A DNA stretch of 63,647 bases, filler included, from Candidatus Woesearchaeota archaeon (GCA_018399355.1; 16 parts of 16 records of this genome joined end to end with filler, not necessarily neighbours in it), one strand, 5' to 3'. Positions 49,017 to 60,161 are shown, counted from the first letter of the whole stretch. The notes: a model not told the origin generated them from the sequence alone. Numbers and translations: made by a program.

Positions 49017-51332
49017 AGAAGTTCGTCAAGTGGTAGCAGTTCACAACAAGTTAAGAATATTACAATGGAGGTTAAGACTGATGGTTCTTCAGTTACAACC
49101 ACAAGAGATGCTAATACTGGTAGGGTTATAAGTCAAAGTTCTACACCTGCAACTAAAAGTAGTTCAGGGTTAAGAAGTCGTGACACTAAGATAGTTGTTA
49201 CACCAGAAATTAAAGATTTAAAAACTGGCAGAATAGTTCAACAAGCAGAACAGAAAGTAGTAGATTCAAGAACTGGAAGGGTTATATCAAAAGATAAAAT
49301 TAATATTGGTGGAAGCTTTCAAAAATTAGTAGATTCTATCCCTGAAAAAAATATTAATCAAATATACAACCAGTTTCAGGTTAGTAGCAGAAATGAGTTA
49401 TTAAGAAAAATTCAGCAAATAGATGCTAATAAGAAGTTATCTCCATTTGAAAAAGAAAGGCAAAAAAGAGAACTAACAGGTCAGGTTGTGGATAAAAGAG
49501 GTGCTCCAATATTTTTAAAACCATTAAAAAGAGAAGATTTAAATCTGTTTGGGGTTGCTCCTAAAACTAAAACTAATGCTTATATTAAATTTGAAGATAA
49601 ACTTAATAAAGAATATATAAGGATATCTAAAAAAAGTCCTAGTAGAAGAACAGAAAAAGAAAAAGCTACTTTAGGTTTATTAGGTGTTGGTTCTACTGGT
49701 TTAAAAACTTTGAGGAAAATACCAGCAGTAGCTACAAATGTTATTCTTGGGCTAGTTAGACCCGATAAAGTAATAAAAGGGTTAGCAGAAGTAGTAAAGA
49801 GTCCTGCTAAAAGAAAAGAATTAGAGAAGAGTATTGTTAATTTAGGTCAAGGATTAAGAAAAGGAGACCCCGAAGCTATAAGCACTTTGGCGAGTGAAAT
49901 AATAGTGCAAGGTATTCCTATAAGTAAAATATCTAAACAGGTTTCTAAGTTAAGTCCGAAATTTGTAAAACCAAAAGAAGGAGTTTTTACAATAAAAAAA
50001 GGTGCATTCTCAACACCAAAAAATTTTTTAAAAAACAAGTTACCTGATAGATTTAAAAAATATTTAGATAATCCCGAAATAGTATTAAGAGAACAAACTG
50101 TTAAAACGGGTTCAACTGCTTTAAAGGAGCAGGCTAAACTTGCAGGTCAAACAGTTACTGCTGTAAATGCAGCGGCAGACCAATTAACTAGCTGGATAAA
50201 AAGAAAAAAAATAATAAGAAAACCTATTCCTGGAGAAGCCAACTTCCCTGCAAAGATTAAACAATCTTTATTAAAATTTGATAGTGGTGTAAAACTTCCT
50301 GCTAAAGAATTTGCAAGAGTAAATTCTTACCTTAAAAAGAATGTTGCTCCTAATACAACATTACTAGAAAGGAGTTTATACTTAGACCCAGCAGGAGGTT
50401 TAAGAATTAGTAGACTAGGAATATCTGGAACAAGAAAAGCTACATTAAAAGATATTATTACTGGTAATTTTACATTTAAAGGTAATAAACCACAAGTTTT
50501 AATCTTTGAGAATGCTAAAATAGCTAAATTTCCTAAATATTTAAAAGATGTAGAAAAAAAATTAAAGGCAGGAAAGAAATTAACAGAGAAAGAAAGTAAT
50601 AGGCTTATATCGTGGCAAGTAAAAACTGGTAGTGGTAAATTTAAACCTATTGGAAGCACAATATATGCAGGAGGTAAAGAATTGGAAGTAACTTTAGCTC
50701 CAGGAGAATTTATTAAAAGGATTAAAAGGGTTGGATTTACTTTTATTAATAACAAAAAGGTTAATTTTGTTACTGCAGAAGTTTATAAACCAACGAAATC
50801 TTTAATTAAGAAAATTGATGATGCAAGAAATGGAAAACTTACAGATAAACAAATAAAGGTATTAGAAAATAATTTAAGTAAAAAGTTAGGAAGAAAAATT
50901 CAAGTAGAAACTCCTAAAAATATAAGGCGTATAGGTAAAAATAAACCTGTTTTAAGGTTAAGTGGGGGTAGATTAAAGGTTTTAAGGAGAGGAGATATAA
51001 AAACTACTACACCAAGAAAAACTACAAGTAAAAGGGTTGTTAAAAGAAAAACTACACCAATAACTAAAAAACCAAGAAAGCCTACCTCAAGAGTTCCTAA
51101 ACCTAAAGCTCCTACTCCAAGAAAAACTACCTCAAGAGTTCCTAAACCTAAAGCTCCTACTCCAAGAAAACCTACTCCTAGAGTTCCTAAACCTAAAGTT
51201 CCTACTCCAAGAAAAACTACTCCTAGAGTTCCTAAACCTAAAGCTCCTACTCCAAGAATTATTAAACCAAGAGTGCCCAAATCATTTAATGATATAAAAA
51301 ACAACCAGATAGCAACCTTTAGAGGTGTTTAT
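49017..51332 (+). CDS. Internal part of a giant basic protein with possible ART-like domain and TPRK repeats
   Basis: Open across the entire contig; KELEVTLAPGEFIKRI; P/K/T-rich repeats. Confidence 0.7.
51081..51260 (+). repeat. Four 45-nt in-frame tandem repeats (xT[S/P]RVPKPK[A/V]PTPRK)
   Basis: Units start at 51081, 51126, 51171, 51216. Confidence 0.92.
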
Positions 51333-51432
51333 NNNNNNNNNNNNNNNNNNNNNNNNNNNNNNNNNNNNNNNNNNNNTTAATTAATTAANNNNNNNNNNNN
51401 NNNNNNNNNNNNNNNNNNNNNNNNNNNNNNNN

Positions 51433-51756
51433 AGCTTTTTCAGACTCAGATCCTGGTTGCATCCAAATTTTATCAATTTTGAGGTTTTTGCATTCTTTTA
51501 CAATTTTTTCAGTAACTTCTGGAGGAACAACAGTTATAACTACATTCGGCTTTTTTGGCAATGACCTTAAATCTGCATAACAAACATTATCCTCTATACT
51601 ATCATATTTTGGATTTACAGGAAAAACATTAAATCCCTTAGATTTTAATTCATTAGATATCTTAAATCCCCATTTGTCAGGATTAGCAGAAACTCCAATT
51701 ATTGCAAAAATATTCTTTTTGTCTAAGAAATCATTTGCTTGTTCCATCTTCTTCAT
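51433..51756 (-). CDS. CoA-binding protein (YccU-like), 3' truncated
   Basis: AIIGVSANPDKWG, PVNP, IWMQPG. Confidence 0.9.
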
Positions 51757-52008
51757 CTTTACTTACAAACAAAAAGCAATGGCAATGCCCCTGTTTTTTT
51801 ATTTCTTCCTTATGATAAACACAAGGGCAAACTATTTCATCCCTATGAATTTTTCTGCATGGGCAATATTTTTTACCAAACTTTTCCTCATTTTTAATCA
51901 ATGCTTTAATAAGGTTTTCAACTATTTTTTTATTTGGATTTAATCTAAAGCCATTTTTTCTGCATGTTGCTTATATTTTTCAATAAGCTTTTTGACTTTT
52001 TCATCCAT
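51731..52008 (-). pseudogene. FTR catalytic subunit-like gene with a 1-nt deletion frameshift in an A-run
   Basis: 6 A versus 7 A in the intact copy at about 51954-51959; CPC/CPC/CHC motifs retained downstream. Confidence 0.8.
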
Positions 52009-52009
52009 A

Positions 52010-52186
52010 TTAATCCTCAATTTCAATTGCATTATTTGGGCAAGCAGATACACATGCTCTACACTTTCTGCACTTTTCTGGATGTTTTACTATTATTTTT
52101 CCATCTTCGATTTCAAAAACGCCAAAGGGGCATGCTTCAACACAATTTCCGCATCCAGAGCATTTTTCTTTATCAATCTTTATCAT
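52010..52186 (-). CDS. 58-aa 2x[4Fe-4S] ferredoxin (not in ORF track)
   Basis: CSGCGNCVEACP and CRKCRACVSACP. Confidence 0.9.
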   Translation of the reverse strand: MIKIDKEKCSGCGNCVEACPFGVFEIEDGKIIVKHPEKCRKCRACVSACPNNAIEIED

Positions 52187-52419
52187 TTTTGTTCTCCTTT
52201 TGTATAATCTTTAGCTATCTTATAATCTTCAGCTTCTTTTATGTCTTCTTGTGATTCTACTGTAAAAGTTACTCTTCTTCTTGTGCCTGTTTTAGGAACA
52301 AATTGAGTTAAAAAATCAATAAACTGTTCATTATCTCCTTCGCATCCAACATGATTAAACACTTGTCCGCCTAATTTTTCCATTCTATTGAATAGCCAGC
52401 CATTAAATGTTTTTTTCAT
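52183..52419 (-). CDS. Hypothetical protein (homologue of 42966-43208)
   Basis: FNGWLFNRMEKLGG.VFNHVGC. Confidence 0.75.
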   Translation of the reverse strand: MKKTFNGWLFNRMEKLGGQVFNHVGCEGDNEQFIDFLTQFVPKTGTRRRVTFTVESQEDIKEAEDYKIAKDYTKGEQK

Positions 52420-52438
52420 CTAAAAATCCTTATATTTA

Positions 52439-52747
52439 TCATCTTCTACCTCTGCCTTGACCCATGCCTTTACCGGCTCCTTGACCTCTTCCAAATCCTC
52501 TTCCCATACCTCTGCCTATTCCTCTTCCCTGACCAAAGCCTGCTGGGTTATTGTTTGGTCCTTTGTCTCCTGAATCTTCTCCATCAAACAAGATAGCATT
52601 TCTTGGGCAAGCATCAGCAGCATTTTTCAAACAGTCTGCATTTTCATCTTTTATTTTAGCTTTTCCACTAACCATCACAATCCCTTCTGGACAGATATTA
52701 GCGCAAACTCCGCAACCAACACATTCTTCTTGTATGATTTTAGCCAT
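52439..52747 (-). CDS. Ferredoxin with Gly/Arg-rich tail
   Basis: CVGCGVCANICP; GRGxG repeats. Confidence 0.85.
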   Translation of the reverse strand: MAKIIQEECVGCGVCANICPEGIVMVSGKAKIKDENADCLKNAADACPRNAILFDGEDSGDKGPNNNPAGFGQGRGIGRGMGRGFGRGQGAGKGMGQGRGRR

Positions 52748-53093
52748 TTTCTACCTCCCATTTTTTAATCTCATTAATTGTCTTTTCAGCAACTTTTATT
52801 TCTTTATTAAAATGTTTAATCATCCTTTCCAAAAAAGCTTGTTTTTCTTCCTTGCTATCAAAATTTTTCATCAGTTCTTTTGTTTTTTTAATATTTTCTT
52901 CAACTTCAAGAGGTATTTTTTCACTATCATGCCTTACTGCTTCCTGAGGGCATACTTCATGGCATTTTCCGCATCTTATGCATTTTTCCATATCAATTTC
53001 TGCTTTTCCTTTTCTCATTGAGATTGCATTAACTGGGCATTCTTTAACACATATCTTACAGCCTATGCATTTGTCTTTATCTATCCATGGCAT
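52740..53093 (-). CDS. 2x[4Fe-4S] ferredoxin with helical C-terminal extension
   Basis: CIGCKICVKECP and CIRCGKCHEVCP. Confidence 0.9.
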   Translation of the reverse strand: MPWIDKDKCIGCKICVKECPVNAISMRKGKAEIDMEKCIRCGKCHEVCPQEAVRHDSEKIPLEVEENIKKTKELMKNFDSKEEKQAFLERMIKHFNKEIKVAEKTINEIKKWEVENG

Positions 53094-53094
53094 T

Positions 53095-53554
53095 TTATTT
53101 TACACTCTCCATTAATTTAATTATATTTTTGCATGACTCGGATAATCCTTCCTGAAATTTTATATCTTCAGGCAACAGCTTAATAACATCATCTTTTTCA
53201 ACAGCAACATATCCAAGAATTGTTTTAGCATTTTCTCTGTATACCACAACTTGTTTTGGTGGAAGCAATACTGCCCCTCTTATCGGGCTCTTTAAAATAC
53301 TGTTATAAGCTTTTTCAGGATTGCAAAGCATAATAGAGTAATATTCAAAATCTTCAGCTACTTCAATGTCGTGATGTTTGAACTCATGTGCCATATCAAA
53401 AACATTTCTTATTATGAAATTAAAATCCTTTGCTTTCTTTTTAATATCTTCTAAAGATCCATTATTTTCTATTGTAATTTTTGCTAATTTTAATATTTTA
53501 CTTAATTCTGTTTCTTTATTTTCGTTTTCTATTACTTTTTTATGTTGTTTTTTG
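53095..53554 (-). CDS. DUF302-like protein, 5' truncated
   Basis: MLCNP..LLPPKQVVVY; frame open to contig end. Confidence 0.55.
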
Positions 53555-53654
53555 NNNNNNNNNNNNNNNNNNNNNNNNNNNNNNNNNNNNNNNNNNNNTT
53601 AATTAATTAANNNNNNNNNNNNNNNNNNNNNNNNNNNNNNNNNNNNNNNNNNNN

Positions 53655-54126
53655 AATTATCTTCGCTGTAATCTTTCATATCCATCTTGTTTACAGCAAT
53701 TATTATCTGCTCAACTCCAAGTGTTCTGCATAAGAAAATATGCTCTTTTGTCTGAGCCATAATTCCATCATTAGCAGCAACAACTAATACAGCAGAATCT
53801 GCCTGAGATGCTCCTGTAATCATATTCTTGATAAAGTCTTTGTGTCCAGGTGCATCAATTATTGTGAAATAGAATTTTTCTGTTTCAAACTTTTTATGTG
53901 CCAGATCAATTGTGACTCCTCTTTCTCTTTCTTCTTTTAAATTGTCCATTACAAAAGCAAACTCAAATCCAGCCTTTCCAAGCTCAGCTGCCTTGTCTTT
54001 CAGCTTTCTAAGTGCCTGCTCATTTATATTTCCTGAATCAAATAAGATTCTTCCAACTGTTGTTGATTTTCCATGGTCAACATGTCCTACGAACACAAGG
54101 TTCATATGTTCTTTATTTTTAGCCAT
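53655..54126 (-). CDS. tuf: Archaeal elongation factor 1-alpha, 3' truncated
   Basis: [28 protein letters not shown]. Confidence 0.97.
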
Positions 54127-54219
54127 AATAATCCCTCCTAAATTTTATTTTAATTTTAAAAACTCCCCTTAAAGGTGGTGGTTTTTAATTAATATATAAA
54201 GGTTTCTATAATAAAAACC

Positions 54220-55734
54220 TTATTCTTCTAGTTTAAGTCCCTTTCTCTGCCTTATCTGTCTGATTATTTTTTCCTGAAGTTCATTAGGAAGCTTTTCAAA
54301 GCCCTGGTCAACTAAAAAGTGGTTGCCTCTTCCTCCTGTTGCAGACCTCAAATCAGAGGTCATTCCAAACATCTCTCCAACAGGCAGCTTACCTTTAACA
54401 GATATAAGCTCTCCTTCCTGTTTCATATCAAGAAGCTGGCCTCTTTTATTAGAGATAAGCTTTGATATCTCTCCCATATATTCTGCGGGCGAATCAAACT
54501 GTAATGTTTGCAAAGGCTCATATATTAATGGCTTTGCAGTCATTATTGCTCCTCTTATACCTTCCCTTACAGCAGGGTAAAGCTGAGCAGGTCCGCGATG
54601 AATAGCGTCTTCATGCAGCTTAACATCCATGAGCATTACCTTGATTCCAACACAAGGTTCTCTTGCCAATGGGCCTGCTGACATAACATCTTCAAACATA
54701 TCAAGCACCATCTCTATTATCTCACCTATATGAACAATTCCACGAGTGGCATCAATAAACATATTTCCTTTGTAAATATCTTTTACTTTTCTTGAAACCT
54801 TTGATTCCATCCCAAGCTCTTCAAGCTTTGCCCAAAGCTCTGGATCTTTTTTCTTTATCCTGCCTTCAGAAATTTGTTTTGTTCTTATAGCTTCATATAT
54901 TTCCTTTTCCAGAGGCTCAACCTTAAAGTAAAGCTTGTTATGCTTGTTTGGACTTTTTCCTTCCATTTCATCTGATGTTTTTGTAATACCTTCCCTGTAA
55001 ACAACTATTGGAGGAGATGTTTTAACATCAACTCCCTTCTCTGTCTTTATCCTGTTTTCAATAACCTCAAGATGAAGTTCGCCCATTCCATGCATTAAAT
55101 GTTCTCCTGTTTCTTCATTGATTTCAATTTCTATTGTTGGGTCTTCTTTGCTTACTCTCCTTAAAACATCTATAAGCTTTGGCAAGTCAGAGGCCTTCAT
55201 TGCCTCAATGGCTTTTGTGACAACTGGCTCAAATATATGGGTTATTTGCTCAAATGGTTCTGATTCTTCTAATGTTATTGTCTCGCCAGGCATTGCCTTA
55301 ACGCCTGCAACACCAACAATGTTTCCAGCCAGTGCATTGTCAACTATTTCCCTCTTTGCCCCATTATAAATAAAAACTTGCTGTATCCTTAGCTTTTGCT
55401 TTGCTTTATTAAGGTAAACTTCCATTCCTTTTTTTATTGTTCCTGAAAATAATCTTCCACAGGAAAGCTCTCCTGCTTGCGGGTCAACAACTATCTTTGT
55501 GATTACAAAAAATAATGGTCCTTTTGAACTGCAGGATACAAGTGATTTTCCATCCTCGCTTTCAAGGTCACCATGCCATATTTTCTTTATTCTGTATGCC
55601 TGCGCCTGTACAGGATTAGGAAGATGCTTTATAACAGCATCAAGAAGCACTTCATGCAATGGAGCTTTCTCAGCCAGAGGTTTAGGATCTCCACTTTCAT
55701 AAGCATCTATTATATCTTTAAAGCTTATCCCTCT
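54220..55734 (-). CDS. fusA: Archaeal elongation factor 2, 5' truncated
   Basis: GMGELHLE, KSPNKHN, HEDAIHRGPAQ (diphthamide His), LRSATGG. Confidence 0.97.
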   Translation of the reverse strand, partial: RGISFKDIIDAYESGDPKPLAEKAPLHEVLLDAVIKHLPNPVQAQAYRIKKIWHGDLESEDGKSLVSCSSKGPLFFVITKIVVDPQAGELSCGRLFSGTIKKGMEVYLNKAKQKLRIQQVFIYNGAKREIVDNALAGNIVGVAGVKAMPGETITLEESEPFEQITHIFEPVVTKAIEAMKASDLPKLIDVLRRVSKEDPTIEIEINEETGEHLMHGMGELHLEVIENRIKTEKGVDVKTSPPIVVYREGITKTSDEMEGKSPNKHNKLYFKVEPLEKEIYEAIRTKQISEGRIKKKDPELWAKLEELGMESKVSRKVKDIYKGNMFIDATRGIVHIGEIIEMVLDMFEDVMSAGPLAREPCVGIKVMLMDVKLHEDAIHRGPAQLYPAVREGIRGAIMTAKPLIYEPLQTLQFDSPAEYMGEISKLISNKRGQLLDMKQEGELISVKGKLPVGEMFGMTSDLRSATGGRGNHFLVDQGFEKLPNELQEKIIRQIRQRKGLKLEE

Positions 55735-55848
55735 CNNNNNNNNNNNNNNNNNNNNNNNNNNNNNNNNNNNNNNNNNNNNTTAATTAATTAANNNNNNNNN
55801 NNNNNNNNNNNNNNNNNNNNNNNNNNNNNNNNNNNTTTGAGTTGGGAC

Positions 55849-57234
55849 TCAAGTGTTTTGTAAAGTTTCATTTTTAAACCTGTTTTTCCGGTGTTCTGAC
55901 CATCTTTTATAAGCTTCCTTAACAGCATTTTGTAAATCTTCTGAACTTAATTTTTCTGTTTTGACAACACATTTCAGGTTTCCATCATAATCTGGCCATT
56001 CCTTTGATACAAGCATGCCTTTTTTATCAAGCTCTTTGTAGTATCTTGTTCCTGGAAAAGGCGTAGCTATAGAAAACTGGACTGATTCAGGATCCATTCT
56101 TATTGCAAAATCAATTGTTTTTTGAATTGTCTTGTGAGTTTCTCCAGGAAGCCCAAACATGAATGTAAGGTGTGTTTTTATTCCGATTTTATTTGTGTAT
56201 TTTATCATTGCCTCAGCTTTTTTTAGGTTAAGGCCTTTCTTTGCATTGTCAACAAGCCTTTGTACAGCAGATTCAACACCATATTTTACAGCATAAAGCC
56301 CTGCTGATTTCATCTCATCAAGAATCTTTTCATCCATTAAGTCAGCCCTTGCCATTATGGCCCACGGAACATTAAGATTCCTTTTTCTTATGTCTCTGCA
56401 TATCTTTAACATCCTTTCTCTTCCAATGTTGAATGTATCATCATCAAAGTAAACAGACTTGAAACCTTTCTTCTTTACAAGGTATTCCATTTCATTAACA
56501 ACATCTTCTGGATTTCTTGCCCTATAATTGCGGCCGTGGTACATCATTTGGGGCCATGCGCAGAATGTACAGCCGTAAGGGCATCCTCTTGAAGCAATCA
56601 TTTGCACACTTGGAATTGGAATGCTTCCAGGGCAGTCATGGTATTTATCCATAGGAAGCTGCTCTCTTAATGGCCAGGAAATCTTGTTTACATCCTGCAA
56701 AGGCCTTTTTTCAGTTTTTATTGCTTTATTTTGCTTTTTGTATATAATGCCCTTAACTCTGCTTAAATCATCCTTATTTTTAAGGCATCTTGCAAGCCCC
56801 AAAAGTGTGAATTCATACTCACCGATAAGAACAAAATCAACGAAATCATGCTTTTTAATGAAATCAAGAGTTCTGATGTTCATATCTGCTCCACATAATG
56901 CAATTTTTGCTGATTCGCTGATTTTTTTGATTTCTGAGACAATTCTTAAATCTGTTTCAAGGGAAGGAGTAGATACTTCGTTTACAACCAAATCCGGCCG
57001 GAATTTTTTGACCTTGTTTAAGAATTCCTTCTCACTTATGCCTTCTGCAATTGCATCAATAAGCAGAACTTCAAATCCTTTTTTTCTTAAGAGTGCTGCT
57101 GCCTGTGCCAAAAAAAATGGAAAGGGCATATAATCCTCTTCTTCAGGAATTTTTATATGGGGCCATCTGCTTCCTGCCCTTACTCCTTTTTTTCCATTAA
57201 CCTCCCAAGGAGGATTAGCTAATAATACTTTCAT
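55849..57234 (-). CDS. B12-binding radical SAM protein
   Basis: SRGCPYGCTFC, FDDDTF, GVES, GLPGET. Confidence 0.92.
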   Translation of the reverse strand: MKVLLANPPWEVNGKKGVRAGSRWPHIKIPEEEDYMPFPFFLAQAAALLRKKGFEVLLIDAIAEGISEKEFLNKVKKFRPDLVVNEVSTPSLETDLRIVSEIKKISESAKIALCGADMNIRTLDFIKKHDFVDFVLIGEYEFTLLGLARCLKNKDDLSRVKGIIYKKQNKAIKTEKRPLQDVNKISWPLREQLPMDKYHDCPGSIPIPSVQMIASRGCPYGCTFCAWPQMMYHGRNYRARNPEDVVNEMEYLVKKKGFKSVYFDDDTFNIGRERMLKICRDIRKRNLNVPWAIMARADLMDEKILDEMKSAGLYAVKYGVESAVQRLVDNAKKGLNLKKAEAMIKYTNKIGIKTHLTFMFGLPGETHKTIQKTIDFAIRMDPESVQFSIATPFPGTRYYKELDKKGMLVSKEWPDYDGNLKCVVKTEKLSSEDLQNAVKEAYKRWSEHRKNRFKNETLQNT

Positions 57235-57327
57235 TTATAAATAAACCCCAAAAAATACAAATATGTGTTGAGTATCACAAAAATATTTAAATAGATTTGT
57301 GTTCTGTTGGCAATATATTTTATGAAA

Positions 57328-57897
57328 CTATATTTGTTCACATAAATAAGGAATATCCTCAAACTCTTGGCATACTATGTCATAATATTTAAGATCCAAA
57401 CAATATTTGATATAATCTTTATTTATATATTCATAACAAAATTCTTTTAATTTTTTTTCATAATGAGGATCACCCAATAATGCCATCTCTTTCTCCAGTT
57501 TTGAACCAATAAAACAAAATATTTTGTTTAATTCATAATTAGGCTTCATACATAATGAATTAATTTTTGAAGGATATTTTACTCCAATGTCATTCCCTAT
57601 TCCTTCGTAGCAAAATGGTTGATATTTTCTAGGTAATCTATCGCATACTTGCATTGCTTTTGTAAAATTATCTTGATACATCAAAGTTTTTTCTCCAATA
57701 CCTGTGAAGCAACCAATTATATATTGTGTATTGTTTACAGCAAAACATTTTTTCATAATATTTTGAGTATCTTCCTCATTGTAATACTTCCAACCTATGC
57801 TCCTCCCTAATAATGCATAACAAATAGGAGAGTTATTTATCCCTTTTTTATCTATTAAAAAAGCATTTCCAAGGATGCCCATCATTAAAAATAGTAT
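57328..57897 (-). CDS. Cys-rich hypothetical protein, 5' truncated
   Basis: Repeated C(Y/F)xGIG motifs. Confidence 0.55.
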   Translation of the reverse strand: MLFLMMGILGNAFLIDKKGINNSPICYALLGRSIGWKYYNEEDTQNIMKKCFAVNNTQYIIGCFTGIGEKTLMYQDNFTKAMQVCDRLPRKYQPFCYEGIGNDIGVKYPSKINSLCMKPNYELNKIFCFIGSKLEKEMALLGDPHYEKKLKEFCYEYINKDYIKYCLDLKYYDIVCQEFEDIPYLCEQI

Positions 57898-57998
57898 ANN
57901 NNNNNNNNNNNNNNNNNNNNNNNNNNNNNNNNNNNNNNNNNNTTAATTAATTAANNNNNNNNNNNNNNNNNNNNNNNNNNNNNNNNNNNNNNNNNNNN

Positions 57999-58208
57999 AT
58001 AAAACTAGCACAAGAATTAAAATTAGATTTAGATGGATTGGGAATTAAAGTAGATAGTGAAAAAAGAACAAGTGTTTCTGGTGTTTATGCTGCAGGAGAT
58101 GTTACAAATACGCCCTTTAAACAAATCTTAACTGCACAGGCTGATGGTGCAATTGCTGCGCATTCTGCATATGGAGATTTAACTAAAGAAAGGAATTCTA
58201 AGGACTAA
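57999..58208 (+). CDS. C-terminus of a thioredoxin reductase-like protein (not in ORF track)
   Basis: TSVSGVYAAGDVT..KQILTAQADGAIAA. Confidence 0.85.
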   Translation: MKLAQELKLDLDGLGIKVDSEKRTSVSGVYAAGDVTNTPFKQILTAQADGAIAAHSAYGDLTKERNSKD

Positions 58209-58237
58209 AAGATATAAATTTTTATAAAGAATCAACA

Positions 58238-58265
58238 ACCCAATCGCAGCAGAGCTGCAGGGTAT
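58238..58265. mobile_element. IS200/IS605-end-like or REP-like hairpin remnant
   Basis: ACCC..GCAGC-AGA-GCTGC-AGGGTAT, a GC island in an AT-rich intergenic region. Confidence 0.4.
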
Positions 58266-58358
58266 AGTATCCAAGGAGGAATAAAAAGTTTATTTTATTT
58301 CTTAATTTAATTGTTAAGAAAGCATAATATTTTTATAGTAAAAAGTTCCTTATAAATA

Positions 58359-59807
58359 ATGGTTAAAGTAATAAACTGGAAACCTGGAAGAACCTTTAAT
58401 GAATTTAGTCTTCTTACAGATTTAACCACAGAAAACACTACTTTAGATAATATAAGTCTTAAGACAAAATTAGGAAAAAATCTGACATTAAAAATACCTT
58501 TTATGAGTGCTGCTATGACTTCTGTAACAGGAGAAAAAATGGCACTCGCATTGGGCAAGGCAGGGGGAATAGGAATACTTCCTGTAAAATATTCTTCAGA
58601 AAAACAAGCTAAGATTGTCTCTAAAATCAAAGACCAGGATTTAACATTTGTAGAAGAGCCCATATGTGTAAGAGAAACAGAAACAATAGAAGAAGTAATA
58701 AGAAGAATAGAAAAACACGGATATTCGACTATTCCTATAGTAAATAAATTCAGGCAATTACTTGGAATTTTTACTCAAGAACATTATTGGAAAATGAATA
58801 TCAGCACTGAAGAAAAAGTTACTAAAGCAATGAAACCTATAGATGAGCTAAAAGAAAAAACATGTTTTAACCCTAACCTAACAGTTGAAGAAATAAAAAA
58901 ACAATTAATGGAAACTCAGGAAAAATATATAGTAGTTCTAGATGAAGAAAAAAGACTTATAAAAATGGCTTTTAAGCAGGATCTTGAAGATATAAAAGTG
59001 GGAGTTGCAATTTCTACATATCTTGGATGGGAAGAAAGAGTTGAAAAAAATATTCAAGCAGGAGCTGATTTAATTGTAATAGATACTTCTGATGCTTATA
59101 GTGAATTTGCAAAAGACACCATACAGAAATATAAAAACAAAGGTTATGGAGCACCTCTTTGTGCAGGAAATGTTATCACATATAATGGGGCAAAGTATCT
59201 TATGGAAGCAGGAGCAGATATGGTCAAAGTAGGAATGTCTTCTGGTTCAATATGTACAACTCAAAGAGAAAAAGCAACAGGAAGAGCTCCAATGACTGCT
59301 TTACTAGAAACAAGTAAAGCAAGAGATGATTATTTTAATGAAACAGGAAGATACATTCCTTTAGTAATAGATGGAGGAATAAACTCCTCTGCTGATATGG
59401 TTGTTGCTTTAACAATAGCAGATGTCATAATGATGGGAGGATATTTCAATAAATTTTATGAAGCTGCAGGACCTAAACTAGACAAAAATAATCTTTCAAC
59501 TACAGATGAATCAAAAATGGAATATGTAGAAACCTGGGGAGAAGGCTCTGAAAAAGCAAGAAACCTTGGAAGATATGGTCACAGCACTAAAAAAACATTC
59601 TTTCCTGAAGGAGTAGAAGGAACTGTGTCTTACAAAGGAAGATTAAAACCCAATATGGAAAGAGATTTAACAAAAATAAAATCAGCTTTAAGTCATATAG
59701 GTTCAAAAAACCTTGAAGAATTCAGAGAAAATTCTATCCTAGAACTTAATTCTCCCTTGACAAGTCAAGTAGTAAGTAACCCTCATAATATAAACATAAA
59801 AGAATAA
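58359..59807 (+). CDS. guaB: IMP dehydrogenase with CBS pair
   Basis: PFMSAAM, AGNV, KVGMSSGSICTT, IDGGI, PEGVEG. Confidence 0.92.
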   Translation: MVKVINWKPGRTFNEFSLLTDLTTENTTLDNISLKTKLGKNLTLKIPFMSAAMTSVTGEKMALALGKAGGIGILPVKYSSEKQAKIVSKIKDQDLTFVEEPICVRETETIEEVIRRIEKHGYSTIPIVNKFRQLLGIFTQEHYWKMNISTEEKVTKAMKPIDELKEKTCFNPNLTVEEIKKQLMETQEKYIVVLDEEKRLIKMAFKQDLEDIKVGVAISTYLGWEERVEKNIQAGADLIVIDTSDAYSEFAKDTIQKYKNKGYGAPLCAGNVITYNGAKYLMEAGADMVKVGMSSGSICTTQREKATGRAPMTALLETSKARDDYFNETGRYIPLVIDGGINSSADMVVALTIADVIMMGGYFNKFYEAAGPKLDKNNLSTTDESKMEYVETWGEGSEKARNLGRYGHSTKKTFFPEGVEGTVSYKGRLKPNMERDLTKIKSALSHIGSKNLEEFRENSILELNSPLTSQVVSNPHNINIKE

Positions 59808-60161
59808 AGTTCTTTTTATCTTCAGGATAAATTAATAATTTTATTTTTCTATGTCAAAAAAATATTTTTTGGTGGATCAAAGAGGAATTAATTATCAAAG
59901 GATGGGAAAAGATTATCAAAAGATAATTCCTAGAACTGAAAAAGTAAGTTGCAAATCAAATTTTGGTTTGAGAAAAAGTTTAGATGAAAGATTTTAGTTT
60001 TTCTAAACAATAAGACTTATAAGACTGTTTTTTCTTAGGGATTTATGAAAGGGAGGAATAANNNNNNNNNNNNNNNNNNNNNNNNNNNNNNNNNNNNNNN
60101 NNNNNTTAATTAATTAANNNNNNNNNNNNNNNNNNNNNNNNNNNNNNNNNNNNNNNNNNNN

